Positions 19,337 through 29,827 of a stretch of 64,000 nt of DNA are shown here, piece by piece. A program made the position numbers and the translations under genes. The DNA comes from Desulfobulbaceae bacterium DB1. Lineage in GTDB: Bacteria > Desulfobacterota > Desulfobulbia > Desulfobulbales > SURF-16. The notes under the pieces were generated by a model. It did no database searches. It was not told the DNA's origin and saw nothing but the letters and a program-made list of their open reading frames with translations. Location: positions 203,234 through 267,233 of the forward strand of contig MQUF01000006.1 in NCBI GenBank assembly GCA_001914235.1, in the 5' to 3' direction. Each line of letters opens with the position of its first letter. The stretch's first letter is position 1.

Positions 19337-19370
19337 AAAAAAAGGCGATGCTGCCGCATCGCCTTTTTTT
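19337..19370 (+). terminator. Rho-independent terminator after the rhodanese selenoprotein candidate
   Basis: aaaaaggcgatg ctgc cgcatcgccttttttt. Confidence 0.85.
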
Positions 19371-19530
19371 ATGCGTCCTGTTCGGGTGTTTTTAATCGGA
19401 ACAGAGGAATGCGCTGCCGTGGTAAAAAAAACTTTCTTTCTGCGTTTCTCACCTCTATAATTTGTTTGCGGTATCAGCCGGTTGCCTGATGTGCTTTTCA
19501 ACCAAATTTAAAAAGGGAGAAAGTGGCGCG

Positions 19531-21303
19531 ATGATTGTTCCCAACATAAAAACAAAAATGGTTGTCATGATCTGCATTTCCCTGCTGGGGCTCTTTATTG
19601 TCTTTTTGAACGCCAATAAAGCACTGAATGCAAACATCGAAATCAGTGCACGGGTCAAGAGTGAAAAATTTGTTATGGCCATGGATATAGAAAAACTCGG
19701 TGCCCAGTCCCGCAAGTTGTCAAATGATGTCGAAATCAGCGCCACCACGGAATCTCTTGACAGTCTGGAAACGGCAAAACAGGACAAAACCGTTCTTCAG
19801 AAACAGATTGATGATATTGTTGCGGTATCAAAAAATGAGGAAGTGAAAAACACCCTTAATGAAATGAAGAAACTGACTGATCAGGTTCTTGACGCCGGCA
19901 GGCGATGGGTTGAATTTTCCTTTGCGCAGAAGTATGCCGAATCATTTGCCGCGGAGGAAGAATTCAAGGCTCTGAAAAAAGAATATTTTACCCTGATAAG
20001 CTCTTTGCAGCAGATGGCCCGTTCCGATCTGGAGCAATCGCTGGATCAGATTCATTCGCTTTCCAAACAAAGTATTCGTATCAATCTCGTTATCTTTGCT
20101 GTCTCCGTGCCGATTGTCCTTTTTTTGTCGATCGTCACTGTTTTTTCCATTATCCGGCCATTGGCGAAAACTGTGGAGTTCGCCGAAAGGGTGGCGGAAG
20201 GAGATGTTTCCCACCAGCTTGATATCACGTCAAAGGACGAACTGGGCAGCATGAGCAGGGCCTTGAATGACATGGTGCGCAGCCTTGCCCAGAAAAGCGA
20301 GGTGGCTGAGTCCATCGCCCAGGGAGATCTGTGTTGCAATGTCCCGATAGCTTCCGAGCGCGACACGCTTGGCCATTCGTTGCAGAAAATGGTGGAAAAT
20401 CTTGCCGCGATGATTAAAAACGTGCAGAAAAATGCCATCCATCTTTCCACCGCCTCTGATTCCATGTCCGGTTTGTCGATGCATCTTGCCGCAGGGGCGG
20501 AAGAGATGAGTGCACAAACGAAAGATGCGACAAATTGTATCAACGATATCAATGTCCATGCTCGCAATGTCACCACCACTGCCCGGAAAATGTCCGAAAA
20601 TATGGCAATCATCGCCGAGACCACCGAGCGGATGTCGGCTGCCATCGTCCGGATAGGAGGCAATGCAAAGGATGGCGCCGAGATAACCGAGACGGCGTTG
20701 ACCATGTCCGATAAGGCGACGAAAACAATCCTCTCCCTGCACGATACGGCCATTGAAATCGGCAAGGTGACCACGGCCATTAATGAAATTACCGAGCAGA
20801 CCAAGCTTCTCGCCTTAAACGCCACCATCGAGGCCGCCCGGGCCGGCGATGCCGGCAAGGGCTTTGCCGTGGTTGCCGGAGAGGTCAAGGAGTTGGCCAA
20901 GCAGAGCGCGGCGGCGGCGGAAAATATAGCAGCACTCATCGGCCAGGTGCAGAACAACACCGGCGAGGCGGTGCATGTCATCGGCGATGTGGCGGAGACC
21001 ATTAAGAAGGTTAATCTCTCTTCTCTCCAGATCAATCAGGCGGTGGAAGAGCAGATTCGGGAGGCACAGGGCATGGCGGCCGGTGTGGCGGATGTCAATG
21101 AAGGGGCAAACAACATTGCCTCCGCCATCAGTGAGCTTGCCGGGAATGCCAACGATACCACGGCCAATATCAATGAGGTCAAGGCTGTTGTCGACAGCAG
21201 CACGGAAGGAATTCATAAAATTTCCGATGCCGCCGCGGAACTGGCGGAACTGGCCGGAAGACTTGAAGGGCTTGTCGGGGAATTTCACCTGGAGAAGGCA
21301 TGA
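19531..21303 (+). CDS. methyl-accepting chemotaxis protein (HAMP plus signalling domain)
   Basis: Two TM regions, HAMP-like segment, [53 protein letters not shown] opens upstream at 19462, with ATG 19531 preferred. Confidence 0.93.
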   Translation: MIVPNIKTKMVVMICISLLGLFIVFLNANKALNANIEISARVKSEKFVMAMDIEKLGAQSRKLSNDVEISATTESLDSLETAKQDKTVLQKQIDDIVAVSKNEEVKNTLNEMKKLTDQVLDAGRRWVEFSFAQKYAESFAAEEEFKALKKEYFTLISSLQQMARSDLEQSLDQIHSLSKQSIRINLVIFAVSVPIVLFLSIVTVFSIIRPLAKTVEFAERVAEGDVSHQLDITSKDELGSMSRALNDMVRSLAQKSEVAESIAQGDLCCNVPIASERDTLGHSLQKMVENLAAMIKNVQKNAIHLSTASDSMSGLSMHLAAGAEEMSAQTKDATNCINDINVHARNVTTTARKMSENMAIIAETTERMSAAIVRIGGNAKDGAEITETALTMSDKATKTILSLHDTAIEIGKVTTAINEITEQTKLLALNATIEAARAGDAGKGFAVVAGEVKELAKQSAAAAENIAALIGQVQNNTGEAVHVIGDVAETIKKVNLSSLQINQAVEEQIREAQGMAAGVADVNEGANNIASAISELAGNANDTTANINEVKAVVDSSTEGIHKISDAAAELAELAGRLEGLVGEFHLEKA

Positions 21304-21563
21304 TGCAGGAAATTCATATTACCGTTGATGGGATTGCGCTTGATTTTGAGACGGCAAAGAACATCGCGCTGGCCGTTGCGGAAAAAGAGGGTGATGAACC
21401 CATGCTGATTTCCTGGAATGACAGGGCACGCGATAAACATTCCCCCAGTTGCGTGAAATGCGAATTGCATGGCGCCCCGGGCTGGGAGGTTTATGGCCGC
21501 AACCATGGCGGCCGGGTGAGGATCAGTGTCAATAAGGATGATTATGTCTTTATTTACAGTTGA
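21303..21563 (+). CDS. small conserved hypothetical protein (DUF5619-like)
   Basis: [86 protein letters not shown], overlapping the receptor stop codon. Confidence 0.65.
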   Translation: MQEIHITVDGIALDFETAKNIALAVAEKEGDEPMLISWNDRARDKHSPSCVKCELHGAPGWEVYGRNHGGRVRISVNKDDYVFIYS

Positions 21564-21593
21564 TCGTGCAACAGCAGCCGGCAGTCGGGAATC

Positions 21594-23465
21594 TCACCAA
21601 CCTTTTTTGTTGTTGCTGCGGATTTCCGACTTCATTGCCCTTTCCCTGATTGCCGCTTCCCTGATTTTGTTGCTGAAAACGATACGTTTGGCCGCCCAAT
21701 CAAGTTCCTCGAATTTTTTTTCCCCCGCCGTGCCTGTTGCCCGGATTTTGTACGTCCAACAGCCGTCCTCCTCTTGAAAGACCCGGCTTACCTCACCCTC
21801 GTGCAAACCGGCGAGCTCCCTGTCTTTTTCCTGGTTCATATCAAGATACCTGCGCGGCAGCAGGGATTGGAATTGCCTTGAACCGGCCTGGGAGAATTTT
21901 TTTGATATTAGGTCCATATTGCCGTCGGTAAGCATCAATTCCCGCGCCTCACGGCAGAGGTTTTCCTGGGCCTGTTTTTTTTCTGCGGAGTCGTAAGGAT
22001 GGATGTAGCGGAAGATGCCGTGCAGATCAAGCCGGAAGGGCGACATGACCGTATTTTGTTCGAGTTCCTTGAGTGCTGGGGGAATAATGGTTCGGCAGCT
22101 TTGATGAAAATCCTCAATCCTGGCTGAAATCCGCAGGTCGACTGCCTTATTCATTTCATTTTTTTTCACCCCGCGTATTTTTTGCAGGTTTCGAATGATA
22201 TGTTCCGTTGTCATGGTTTGTTGCGCGGCTTTTGATGTTGTCGCGCCGCAGCCGTTGTGGCGAGGAAAAACCATCTTTTTTCTATATGCGGCGGATTTGT
22301 CGTCTTGCCGCAGTAAATGGCCGAGACTGAAAAACGATATGCCGTCAAGTCCCAGCTCGGATATGTTCTCGGTTTCCCGAGCGATTTCTTCCGGAGATTT
22401 GATGTAGGCGCCGAGTCCGGCCCAGATGCGAACCGGGGTTGCGCCGCTTCTGTCCACAACATTTTCAAGTTGTCTCTTTACCCGTTCGGCGCCGCCGAAA
22501 TAGGCCATCGGCATGATTTCATCAACAATCCCCTCCTGCGCCCAGGTCAACCAGTCCTGGCCTTTGTCGAGATAGGCGGGAATCAGGTCCGGGAAAACAG
22601 CAGCGGAAAGCAAGGGGGTATGCGGGGATTGCCGCAAGGTGTTTTTAACCCGGCGGACAAGTTTTGTGACTTCACCCGCCCGCAGGTCGGCCCAGAGAAG
22701 TGCCGCTGTGGTGAGGAGTTCATCACCTGCGCTCAGTTGCCCCCGATACCATTTTTCAACGTCGGCTTCGTTTATTTTTTCCGGCAGCAGCCGGGGATCA
22801 AAGCCGTACGCATTTGTGAATTCATCGGCAATTTCCCCAAGGCCGAAGAAGGAGCCGGGGTAGCGGACAAAATCGAGATGAATGCCGGCAACCGGATATT
22901 GCTGTACAAGTTCCGCCACAACGGCGACAAAATAATCGCGGAAGCGGCTGGAGGAAGGGTCGGCATAGATGCCTTCAATCCAGTGTTGACTTTGTTCCAG
23001 TTCGCTGTAATCGGAAACCGATTTGCCGTTTCTGTCGGCAAGGAGCCAACCGTGGTCGGCGAGGGCCGGATGTTTTTTGTTTTTGGGCGGGGCCTGGCCG
23101 GACCAGAGATAATAAACGTTCAGCCATGCCTGGATGCGCTGGTCAGGGCACTGCTGCATCATCGCGGCCAGTGGATCGAAATCAGGCGGCGTCTGACTCA
23201 GTTCTTCGGCACGCGGAACAAGATCGCTCCGGTAATAGGCATCAGCTCTTCCCCTCACCTGGACGAGCAGGGTGGTGTAACCGGAGGCATGGGCTTCGGC
23301 GCAGATCTGCTTTATTTCCGCCTGGCTGTCCATGTGCCGGCGGACGACCCAGGCGGCAAGGTTTTTTTGCGGCGCCGCCTGCGGGGCACTGACGAGGAAC
23401 AGGGGCAGCCCGACAAGACAGACGAGGATGACGCGGCATATTCGATACGCATTCTTGACCTGCAT
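21594..23465 (-). CDS. glycosyl-hydrolase-like family 10 (YngK-type) exported protein
   Basis: WVVRRHMDSQAEIKQICAEAHASGYTTLLVQVRGRADAYYRS, GIHLDFVRYP, VDEIMPMAYFG. Track start is 23522, with M at 23465 preferred before the signal peptide. Confidence 0.75.
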   Translation of the reverse strand: MQVKNAYRICRVILVCLVGLPLFLVSAPQAAPQKNLAAWVVRRHMDSQAEIKQICAEAHASGYTTLLVQVRGRADAYYRSDLVPRAEELSQTPPDFDPLAAMMQQCPDQRIQAWLNVYYLWSGQAPPKNKKHPALADHGWLLADRNGKSVSDYSELEQSQHWIEGIYADPSSSRFRDYFVAVVAELVQQYPVAGIHLDFVRYPGSFFGLGEIADEFTNAYGFDPRLLPEKINEADVEKWYRGQLSAGDELLTTAALLWADLRAGEVTKLVRRVKNTLRQSPHTPLLSAAVFPDLIPAYLDKGQDWLTWAQEGIVDEIMPMAYFGGAERVKRQLENVVDRSGATPVRIWAGLGAYIKSPEEIARETENISELGLDGISFFSLGHLLRQDDKSAAYRKKMVFPRHNGCGATTSKAAQQTMTTEHIIRNLQKIRGVKKNEMNKAVDLRISARIEDFHQSCRTIIPPALKELEQNTVMSPFRLDLHGIFRYIHPYDSAEKKQAQENLCREARELMLTDGNMDLISKKFSQAGSRQFQSLLPRRYLDMNQEKDRELAGLHEGEVSRVFQEEDGCWTYKIRATGTAGEKKFEELDWAAKRIVFSNKIREAAIRERAMKSEIRSNNKKGW

Positions 23466-23586
23466 AAACGCAAATGTTACCTTGTTTCTTTTTTGCAAAA
23501 GACTCATTTGCCTCATTTCCATGCTGCCGGGAAATCGCGGCTTTTATCATGAAAAAAGTCACATGAACATCATGAGAGAGATTACG

Positions 23587-24366
23587 ATGAACGAGACCGA
23601 CAAACAAGACAAATCCTTTCCCGCGGGGATGGTTCCCCTGGGAAAGTCGAAGTTTTCCTTTTCCTGCCATCCCGGTGTGTCCTGTTTCATGAAGTGCTGC
23701 AGCAATGTTGATATGCTGCTGTACCCGTATGACATCATCGGGTTGAAAAAATTCCTGGGCATCCGTTCAGACCAGTTTCTGGAAAAATATGTGCAGGTGG
23801 TCAAAGGGGCAAATCCTTTTTTTCCTGCGTTGATGATGAAAATGACCTCAACCAATTCCTGTCCTTTTCTCGGTGCGGAAGGATGCACGGTTTATGAGCA
23901 GCGGCCGTTGTCATGCCGCATGTATCCGCTGGAAAGGGGGGTTGACCGCACGCCGGAGAAGGGCAGGGCCGCGGAGTTTTATTTCCTGACCCGTCATGAT
24001 TACTGCAAGGGACATGAGGAACAACAGGATTGGTCGGTAAAGGAATGGCTGCGCAGCCAGAATCTGCTGTTTCACAATGCCATGGCTGATCAGTGGGCGG
24101 AGATGGATACCCTGTTCGCGAAAAATCCCTGGGCGGGTGAAGGGGCGGCCGGCCCCATGCAGAAACTTGCCTTTTTGATCTGTTACAATATCGACGGCTT
24201 CAGGGATTATGTCGCGCATCACAATCTGCTCGACCTGTTCAAGATTTCGCCGAACCGGCTCCGTTCCATTGAAAATGATGATGAAGCCCTGTTGACCTTC
24301 GGCTTTGACTGGCTGAAGTTGCTGCTTGCCGGCATGCCGACTCTGCAGCCGAGAAAAAAAAGGTGA
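23587..24366 (+). CDS. YkgJ-family cysteine cluster protein
   Basis: FSCHPGVSCFMKCCSNVDMLLYPYDIIGLKKFLGI, NSCPFLGAEGCTVYEQRPLSCRMYPL, YCKGHEE. Confidence 0.85.
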   Translation: MNETDKQDKSFPAGMVPLGKSKFSFSCHPGVSCFMKCCSNVDMLLYPYDIIGLKKFLGIRSDQFLEKYVQVVKGANPFFPALMMKMTSTNSCPFLGAEGCTVYEQRPLSCRMYPLERGVDRTPEKGRAAEFYFLTRHDYCKGHEEQQDWSVKEWLRSQNLLFHNAMADQWAEMDTLFAKNPWAGEGAAGPMQKLAFLICYNIDGFRDYVAHHNLLDLFKISPNRLRSIENDDEALLTFGFDWLKLLLAGMPTLQPRKKR

Positions 24367-24439
24367 GAAAATGAATCCGTCAAGACGGGGAAGAGCGGCG
24401 ATGTTCAACCGCTGCTTCTCCCCGCAGGCATTGCCTTTG

Positions 24440-25201
24440 TCAGCGAAAAATTTTCTGCAGGATTTCCGTTGTCCGTTTTGCCGGATTGGTGCGGATAGCA
24501 GCTTCTTCCCTGGCCAGATAGTAAAAAATGCCGTCAAGGCCTTTGTCAACCACATGGGCGGTGAGATCGGCCTTGACGTCGGGAACAAAGGGGATGGATT
24601 GGTATTTGGACATGACATTGTCGTATGATTTGACCGCCTCGGTCTCGGCCAGGCTTTCCGAGACCACGGGCGTCATTTCCTTTGTCAGCCGCGGGGTCAG
24701 TTTTTTCTGAAAATATCTGGTCGCGGCGTCTTTCGGGCCATTATAAATCGCCATGGCGTCGTCCATCGTCATCTCGCTGATGGCGCCCAGGAAAAGTTCT
24801 TTCGCCCTTGGCGTTGCGATCTCCGCCGCACGGTTGAGACGTGTTTCCAGGTCATCGACCATGGAGGACATGCCGATTTTTTTCAGGGCATCCTGGACGA
24901 CGCGCATTTTTTCCGGCAATGGTATGTGGATTTTAGGATCCAGGTTAAAGCCGTCCGGCCGTCCGAGCTTCCCCACCACGGTTTCGGAGCCCACCCGCAG
25001 GGCGTCCTTCAGTCCGGCGGTGACATCGCCTAAACTCGGCTGGGTGGCGGATGTTGTTTTTCCCGGCATGGAGTTCTGCAGGACATCAGCCCCTTTTTCC
25101 AGCCAGCCGGCCTGCAGGGAGGGAGGATTTGCCGGCACGAGAACCAGCTGGGCGGTGAGCAATGACAGAAAACAGATCGATGCGGATAATTCTCTTTTCA
25201 T
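24440..25201 (-). CDS. DUF4197-like exported protein
   Basis: Signal peptide, LKDALRVGSETVVGKLGRPDGFNLDPKIHIPLPEKMRVVQDALKKIGMSSMVDDLETRLNRAAE, DGIFYYLAREEAAIRTNPAKRTTEILQKIF. Confidence 0.75.
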   Translation of the reverse strand: MKRELSASICFLSLLTAQLVLVPANPPSLQAGWLEKGADVLQNSMPGKTTSATQPSLGDVTAGLKDALRVGSETVVGKLGRPDGFNLDPKIHIPLPEKMRVVQDALKKIGMSSMVDDLETRLNRAAEIATPRAKELFLGAISEMTMDDAMAIYNGPKDAATRYFQKKLTPRLTKEMTPVVSESLAETEAVKSYDNVMSKYQSIPFVPDVKADLTAHVVDKGLDGIFYYLAREEAAIRTNPAKRTTEILQKIFR

Positions 25202-25297
25202 GGGCTTTCTCCTTTGATTTGAGAGAGGGGGTCATGAAAATTATGGAAAGATCATTGCCGTTCTGTCAAGCAATATGAATTTCAGGAGGAAGGTGCC

Positions 25298-26020
25298 GTG
25301 GATGATCTTCGTCTTTATGAAGAAATAATCCGTTTCATGCACGAACGCAAGTCCGTCGCCCTGGCCACGGTGGTTGAGACGAGCGGGGCAACGCCCCGCA
25401 AGGCGGGAGCCAAGATGCTGGTTTCCGCGGACGGCTCCATTGCCGGAACCGTCGGCGGCGGCAGAATCGAGGCGGACACCATCGTCGCGGCGCTTGAGAG
25501 CCTGCAAACCGGCGAACCGCGTCTTCTGCGCTTTGCTGCCATCGAGGAAAGCGGCGCGACCTGCGGCGGCAACATGCGGGTCTATATCGAACCGATCAAC
25601 GCGGCACCCCGTCTGGTGGCGGTGGGATCAGGCCATGTGGCCAGGGCCGTGATGTGCGCGGGCGAGGCGGCGGGGTTTCAGGCACGTCTCGTCTCGCCCG
25701 GTCCTGAAATCGACAAAGAACTGCTTGCCCTTGCCGGGCACCGACAAAGCTTTATTTTTATCGCGACCAGTGATCACCGGCAGGATTTTGCCGCGGCCCT
25801 TGCCGCGCTGAAAACTCCGGCGCGATATGTTGCCGTGCTGGGAAGCCGCGGGAAACGCACGGCCATGGAGGCATATCTTGCCGCGCAGGGCCTTGACGCA
25901 GCAGAAATTTCCCGGATAATTTCACCGGCCGGTCTTGAGATCGGGGCGCAAACCCCGGAAGAAATCGCGGTCAGCGTTGTCGGTCAGATGGTACAGGTCC
26001 GGAGGTCGACAGGCGACTGA
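25298..26020 (+). CDS. XdhC/CoxI-family protein
   Basis: SVALATVVETSGATPRKAGAKMLVSADGSIAGTVGGGRIEA, TCGGNMRVYIEP, VAVGSGHVARAV, YVAVLGSRGKR. GTG start. Confidence 0.85.
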   Translation: MDDLRLYEEIIRFMHERKSVALATVVETSGATPRKAGAKMLVSADGSIAGTVGGGRIEADTIVAALESLQTGEPRLLRFAAIEESGATCGGNMRVYIEPINAAPRLVAVGSGHVARAVMCAGEAAGFQARLVSPGPEIDKELLALAGHRQSFIFIATSDHRQDFAAALAALKTPARYVAVLGSRGKRTAMEAYLAAQGLDAAEISRIISPAGLEIGAQTPEEIAVSVVGQMVQVRRSTGD

Positions 26021-26030
26021 TAACTTGAGA

Positions 26031-26067
26031 CACTTTAAGTACTTGAAGTATTTCAGGCACTAAAACT
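26031..26067. repeat. Second copy of the 13.0-kb intergenic repeat
   Basis: cactttaagtacttgaagtatttcaggcactaaaact. The last 27 nt match the reverse complement of ggttttagtgcctaaaatacttcaagt near 13 kb with about 2 mismatches. Confidence 0.75.
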
Positions 26068-26084
26068 ATCGATTCATTTTTCGT

Positions 26085-29000
26085 TCACTGTCGCTTGCCG
26101 CCCCATTTACCGTTTTTCTTGGGGATCAGTTCCGCCTGTTTTTTCATGAAAAGGAGCCCCTTGTAGCCAAGCACGCTTTCCACCTCCCGGGCGAAATCCC
26201 CGCAGGGATTGATGGTGAGTTCTTCCGGGAGGTCGATGTCCGCCTCTCCCCGTTTGTTGAAATGAAGGGTCAGCGACACCGGGCAGGGGCCGTGGTGGCG
26301 GTGGATGGTTTTTTTCAGGTCTTCAAGTATCTTGCGGTTTACCCGATCGGAAATGAGCATGATTTTTGCCGCGGCGGTGAATTTTTTCAGGGCCTCGGAC
26401 AGTGTATCAATGGTGTCCGCCAGGATCTTTGCTCCGCCGCCTTCTTCCTCTTCCTTCTGCAGGACTCCCTGAATAACCAGGGGGGTATCGTCGACCAGCA
26501 CATGACCGAATTCGGCATAGGTCTGGGGGAAGACGATGACCTCAACCGAGCTGGACGTGTCTTCCAGGGTGATAAAGGACATGGGATCCCCTTTTTTGCT
26601 TTTCAGGTTTTTCCGGTTCTTGATCAGGCCGCCGATTCTGACCGCCGAACCGTCACTGCGCTGCATCAGGTCGGCGATCTCGGTATCAATAACCTGGCTG
26701 ATTTCTTTCCTGAAATCATCCAGCGGATGGCCGGTGATGTAAAAACCAACCGTTTCTTTTTCCGCGGCAAGCTTGTCTTTTTCATCCCATTCCGGGATGT
26801 CGGGAAAGGGGATATTGGTCGATTTTTCCTTGGCCTCGGTCGGCATGATGGAAAAAAGGGAAAGCTGTCCGCTTTCCTTGTCCCTCTGGGCGGCCTGGGC
26901 CTGTTCCATGGCCAGGTCAAGAACGGCGAAAAGCTGGGATCGTTTCGCGCCAAGGGAATCAAAGGCCCCTGCCTTGATCAGGCTCTCAATGACCCGGCGG
27001 TTGACCTTGCGGGAGTCGACCCTGGCGCAAAAGTCACCGAGGGATTTGAACGGCCCTTCCTTGCTCCGCTCTTCCATGATGGAATCAAGGGCCGCGCCGC
27101 CGACATTTTTTACCGCCGCAAGGCCGAAACGGATGCGGTCGTTGATGACGGTGAAATCCTGGTTGCTTTCATTGATGTCCGGCGGCAGGACATCGATTTC
27201 GTGTTCCTTGCACTCATTGATGTATTTGACCACCTTGTCGGTGTTGTTGACGTCGCAGGAAAGCAGCGCCGCCATGAACTGGGCCGGGTAATGGGCCTTG
27301 AGATACGCGGTCTGGTAGGAAATAAGGGCATAGGCGGCGCTGTGTGACTTGTTGAAGCCGTAGCCGGCGAACTTGGCCATCAGGTCGAAGATGTACTCGG
27401 CCTTGTCCAGGGGGACCTTGTTTTTCTCCGCCCCTTGCATGAACTTGCCCCGCTGTTCCTCCATCACCGCCGGGATCTTCTTACCCATGGCGCGGCGCAG
27501 GTTGTCTGCATCGCCCAGGGAGTAGGCGGCCAGGACATTGGCAATTTTCATTACCTGCTCCTGATAAACGATGACGCCATAGGTTTCTTTCAGGATCGGT
27601 TCCAGTTGGGGCAGGGGATAGGTGGCCACCATCTTGCCGTGCTTGGTGTTGACGAAGTCATCCACCATGCCGCTTTCGAGCGGTCCCGGCCGGTAGAGGG
27701 CAACCAGGGCGATGAGATCGGTGAACACCTCCGGCTTCATCTTCATCAGCAACTGGCGCATGCCTGAGCTTTCCAGCTGGAACACTCCCAGGGCATCGCC
27801 CTTGCAGAGCAGATCGTACGTTTTCGGATCATCCATGGGGATGGCGGCGATGTCAAGCGGTTCTTCCCGTTCCTCCTTGATCAGCTTCAGGGCGCGATTG
27901 ATAACAGTGAGCGTCTTCAGGCCGAGGAAGTCGAATTTGATGAGACCGGTCATCTCGGTGTACTTCATGTCGTACTGGGTGAGTACCTCGCCTTTCGGTC
28001 CCTTGCACACCGGCAGATATTCCACCATGGGCTCGGGCGAAATCACCACCCCGGCCGCATGGATGGAGGTGTGGCGCTGCAGACCCTCGAGCACCTTGGC
28101 GATGTCGATGAGTTGCCTGACCTGGTCATCGCGCTGATACAGGTCTTTTAAGCGCGGTTCCTGCTCCATTGCCTTTTTGATGGTCATTTTCAGCTCATCC
28201 GGCACCAGCTTGGCGATACGGTCGACATCGCCGAAAGGCATGGCCAGGGCCCGGCCCACATCGCGGATAACGCCCTTGGCCTTCATGGAACCATAGGTGA
28301 TGATCTGGGTGACATGGTCATCACCGCCATATTTTTCATGGACGTATTTGATGACCTCGCCGCGTCGTTCCTGGCAGAAATCAACATCAAAGTCCGGCAT
28401 GGATTTGCGTTCGACATTGAGAAAGCGTTCGAAGATGAGGCCATAAGGAATGGGGTCGATATCGGTGATGCGCATGCAGAAGGCCACCAGGCTGCCGGCG
28501 CCGGAGCCGCGCCCCGGTCCCACCGGGATATCATGGTTTTTGGCCCAGTTGATGAAGTCGGCCACGATGAGAAAATAGCCGGGAAATCCCATGGTCTTGA
28601 TGACGTCGATTTCCATGTCCAGCCGTTTGCGATAGGTTTTTTCAAGCTCCGCCCCGACCTCCTGCCTTTTTCGCAGTTCCCGCATCCTTTCCTTGAATCC
28701 CTGACGGGCGGTCTGGTCAAAGAGGGAATCAAGGGTTTCTCCTTCCGGTACCGGAAAGATGGGGAAATAATGGTTGCCGAAGGGGATTTCCAGATTGCAG
28801 CGGGCGGCCAGGGCCACGGTATTTTCGATGGCCTGCGGGCAATCGGCAAAGCGGCTCTTCATTTCCTGGGGGGATTTGAAAAAGAGTTCATCCGTGCTGA
28901 ACCTGAAGCGGCCGGCATCCATGATGGTCTTGCCCGTCTGGATGCAGAGCAGCAGCTCATGGGCCTTGTGTTCTTCCCGGTTGAGATAGTGGCAGTCATT

Positions 29001-29633
29001 GGTGGCGATCAGCGGGATGGAAAGCTCTCTGGAAAGCTGTTTCAGGCCGTTGTTGGCGATCCGTTGTTCCTCCATGCCGTTTTCCTGCAGCTCGAAATAG
29101 AGCCGGTCGCCGAAAATCGCGTAGAGCTCCCGGGCCTTTTCCCGGGCCAGATCGATATTTTTCTCAGTGGCAATCAGATAGGGAATTTCCCCGTGCAGGC
29201 AGGCGGTCATGGCAATGAGCCCTTCACTGTGGGCAATCATTGATTCTTTGTCGATGCGGGGTTTGTAATGGAAACCCTGGAGCTGGGCGATGGAGGCAAG
29301 TTTCAGCAGATTTTTGTAGCCGACGAGATCCATGGCAAGCAGCACGATGTGAAAGGCTGCCTTGCCCGCACTCTTCGCGCTTTTATCCCCGCGGGAACCA
29401 GGGGCGATGTAGAATTCGCAGCCGATGATCGGTTTGATGCCTGCCTTTCTCGCCTTGACGTAAAATTCCAGGGCACCGTACATGGAGCCGTGATCGGTGA
29501 TGGCCACCGTGTCCATGCCGAATTCCTTGCATTTGGCGAGCAGGTCGTCAAGCCGGATGGCGCCGTCCAGCAGGCTGTACTGGGTATGGACATGGAGGTG
29601 GACGAAGTTGGCGGGAATGGTTTCGCTGGTCAT
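26085..29633 (-). CDS. dnaE: DNA polymerase III subunit alpha
   Basis: FVHLHVHTQYSLLDGAIRLDDLL (PHP), VGPGRGSGAGSLVAFCMRITDIDPIPYGLIFERFLNVERKSMPDFDVDFC. ORF opens at 29732 through a tandem repeat, with ATG 29633 (MTSETIPANF) plausible. Confidence 0.95.
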   Translation of the reverse strand: MTSETIPANFVHLHVHTQYSLLDGAIRLDDLLAKCKEFGMDTVAITDHGSMYGALEFYVKARKAGIKPIIGCEFYIAPGSRGDKSAKSAGKAAFHIVLLAMDLVGYKNLLKLASIAQLQGFHYKPRIDKESMIAHSEGLIAMTACLHGEIPYLIATEKNIDLAREKARELYAIFGDRLYFELQENGMEEQRIANNGLKQLSRELSIPLIATNDCHYLNREEHKAHELLLCIQTGKTIMDAGRFRFSTDELFFKSPQEMKSRFADCPQAIENTVALAARCNLEIPFGNHYFPIFPVPEGETLDSLFDQTARQGFKERMRELRKRQEVGAELEKTYRKRLDMEIDVIKTMGFPGYFLIVADFINWAKNHDIPVGPGRGSGAGSLVAFCMRITDIDPIPYGLIFERFLNVERKSMPDFDVDFCQERRGEVIKYVHEKYGGDDHVTQIITYGSMKAKGVIRDVGRALAMPFGDVDRIAKLVPDELKMTIKKAMEQEPRLKDLYQRDDQVRQLIDIAKVLEGLQRHTSIHAAGVVISPEPMVEYLPVCKGPKGEVLTQYDMKYTEMTGLIKFDFLGLKTLTVINRALKLIKEEREEPLDIAAIPMDDPKTYDLLCKGDALGVFQLESSGMRQLLMKMKPEVFTDLIALVALYRPGPLESGMVDDFVNTKHGKMVATYPLPQLEPILKETYGVIVYQEQVMKIANVLAAYSLGDADNLRRAMGKKIPAVMEEQRGKFMQGAEKNKVPLDKAEYIFDLMAKFAGYGFNKSHSAAYALISYQTAYLKAHYPAQFMAALLSCDVNNTDKVVKYINECKEHEIDVLPPDINESNQDFTVINDRIRFGLAAVKNVGGAALDSIMEERSKEGPFKSLGDFCARVDSRKVNRRVIESLIKAGAFDSLGAKRSQLFAVLDLAMEQAQAAQRDKESGQLSLFSIMPTEAKEKSTNIPFPDIPEWDEKDKLAAEKETVGFYITGHPLDDFRKEISQVIDTEIADLMQRSDGSAVRIGGLIKNRKNLKSKKGDPMSFITLEDTSSSVEVIVFPQTYAEFGHVLVDDTPLVIQGVLQKEEEEGGGAKILADTIDTLSEALKKFTAAAKIMLISDRVNRKILEDLKKTIHRHHGPCPVSLTLHFNKRGEADIDLPEELTINPCGDFAREVESVLGYKGLLFMKKQAELIPKKNGKWGGKRQ

Positions 29634-29644
29634 ATCGGTCTCAT

Positions 29645-29815
29645 TGGTCTTGTTGGTCATTGTGGTCTGACTGGTCTGACTGGTCTGACTGGTCATACTG
29701 GTCATACTGGTCATACTGGTCATACTGGTCATACTGGTCTTACTGGTCTTACTGGTCTAATTGGTCTTATTGGTCTGAGTGGTCTGAGTGGTCTGAGTGG
29801 TCTGATTGGTCAGAC
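29645..29815. repeat. Tandem array of 19 degenerate 9-bp units (consensus GGTCTGACT/GGTCATACT)
   Basis: ggtcttgtt, ggtcattgt, ggtctgact x3, ggtcatact x5, ggtcttact x2, ggtctaatt, ggtcttatt, ggtctgagt x3, ggtctgatt, ggtcagact. Confidence 0.95.
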
Positions 29816-29827
29816 TGATGAGACAAG

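Noticed and set aside
22317-23552. 411-aa plus-strand ORF
   Set aside because: Antisense to the GHL10-like gene; low-complexity, spurious-looking translation.
26262-27347. 361-aa plus-strand ORF
   Set aside because: Antisense within dnaE; shadow ORF from GC-rich codon bias.
29645-29815. CRISPR array
   Set aside because: Units are only 9 bp, head-to-tail with no spacers, and no cas genes are present.
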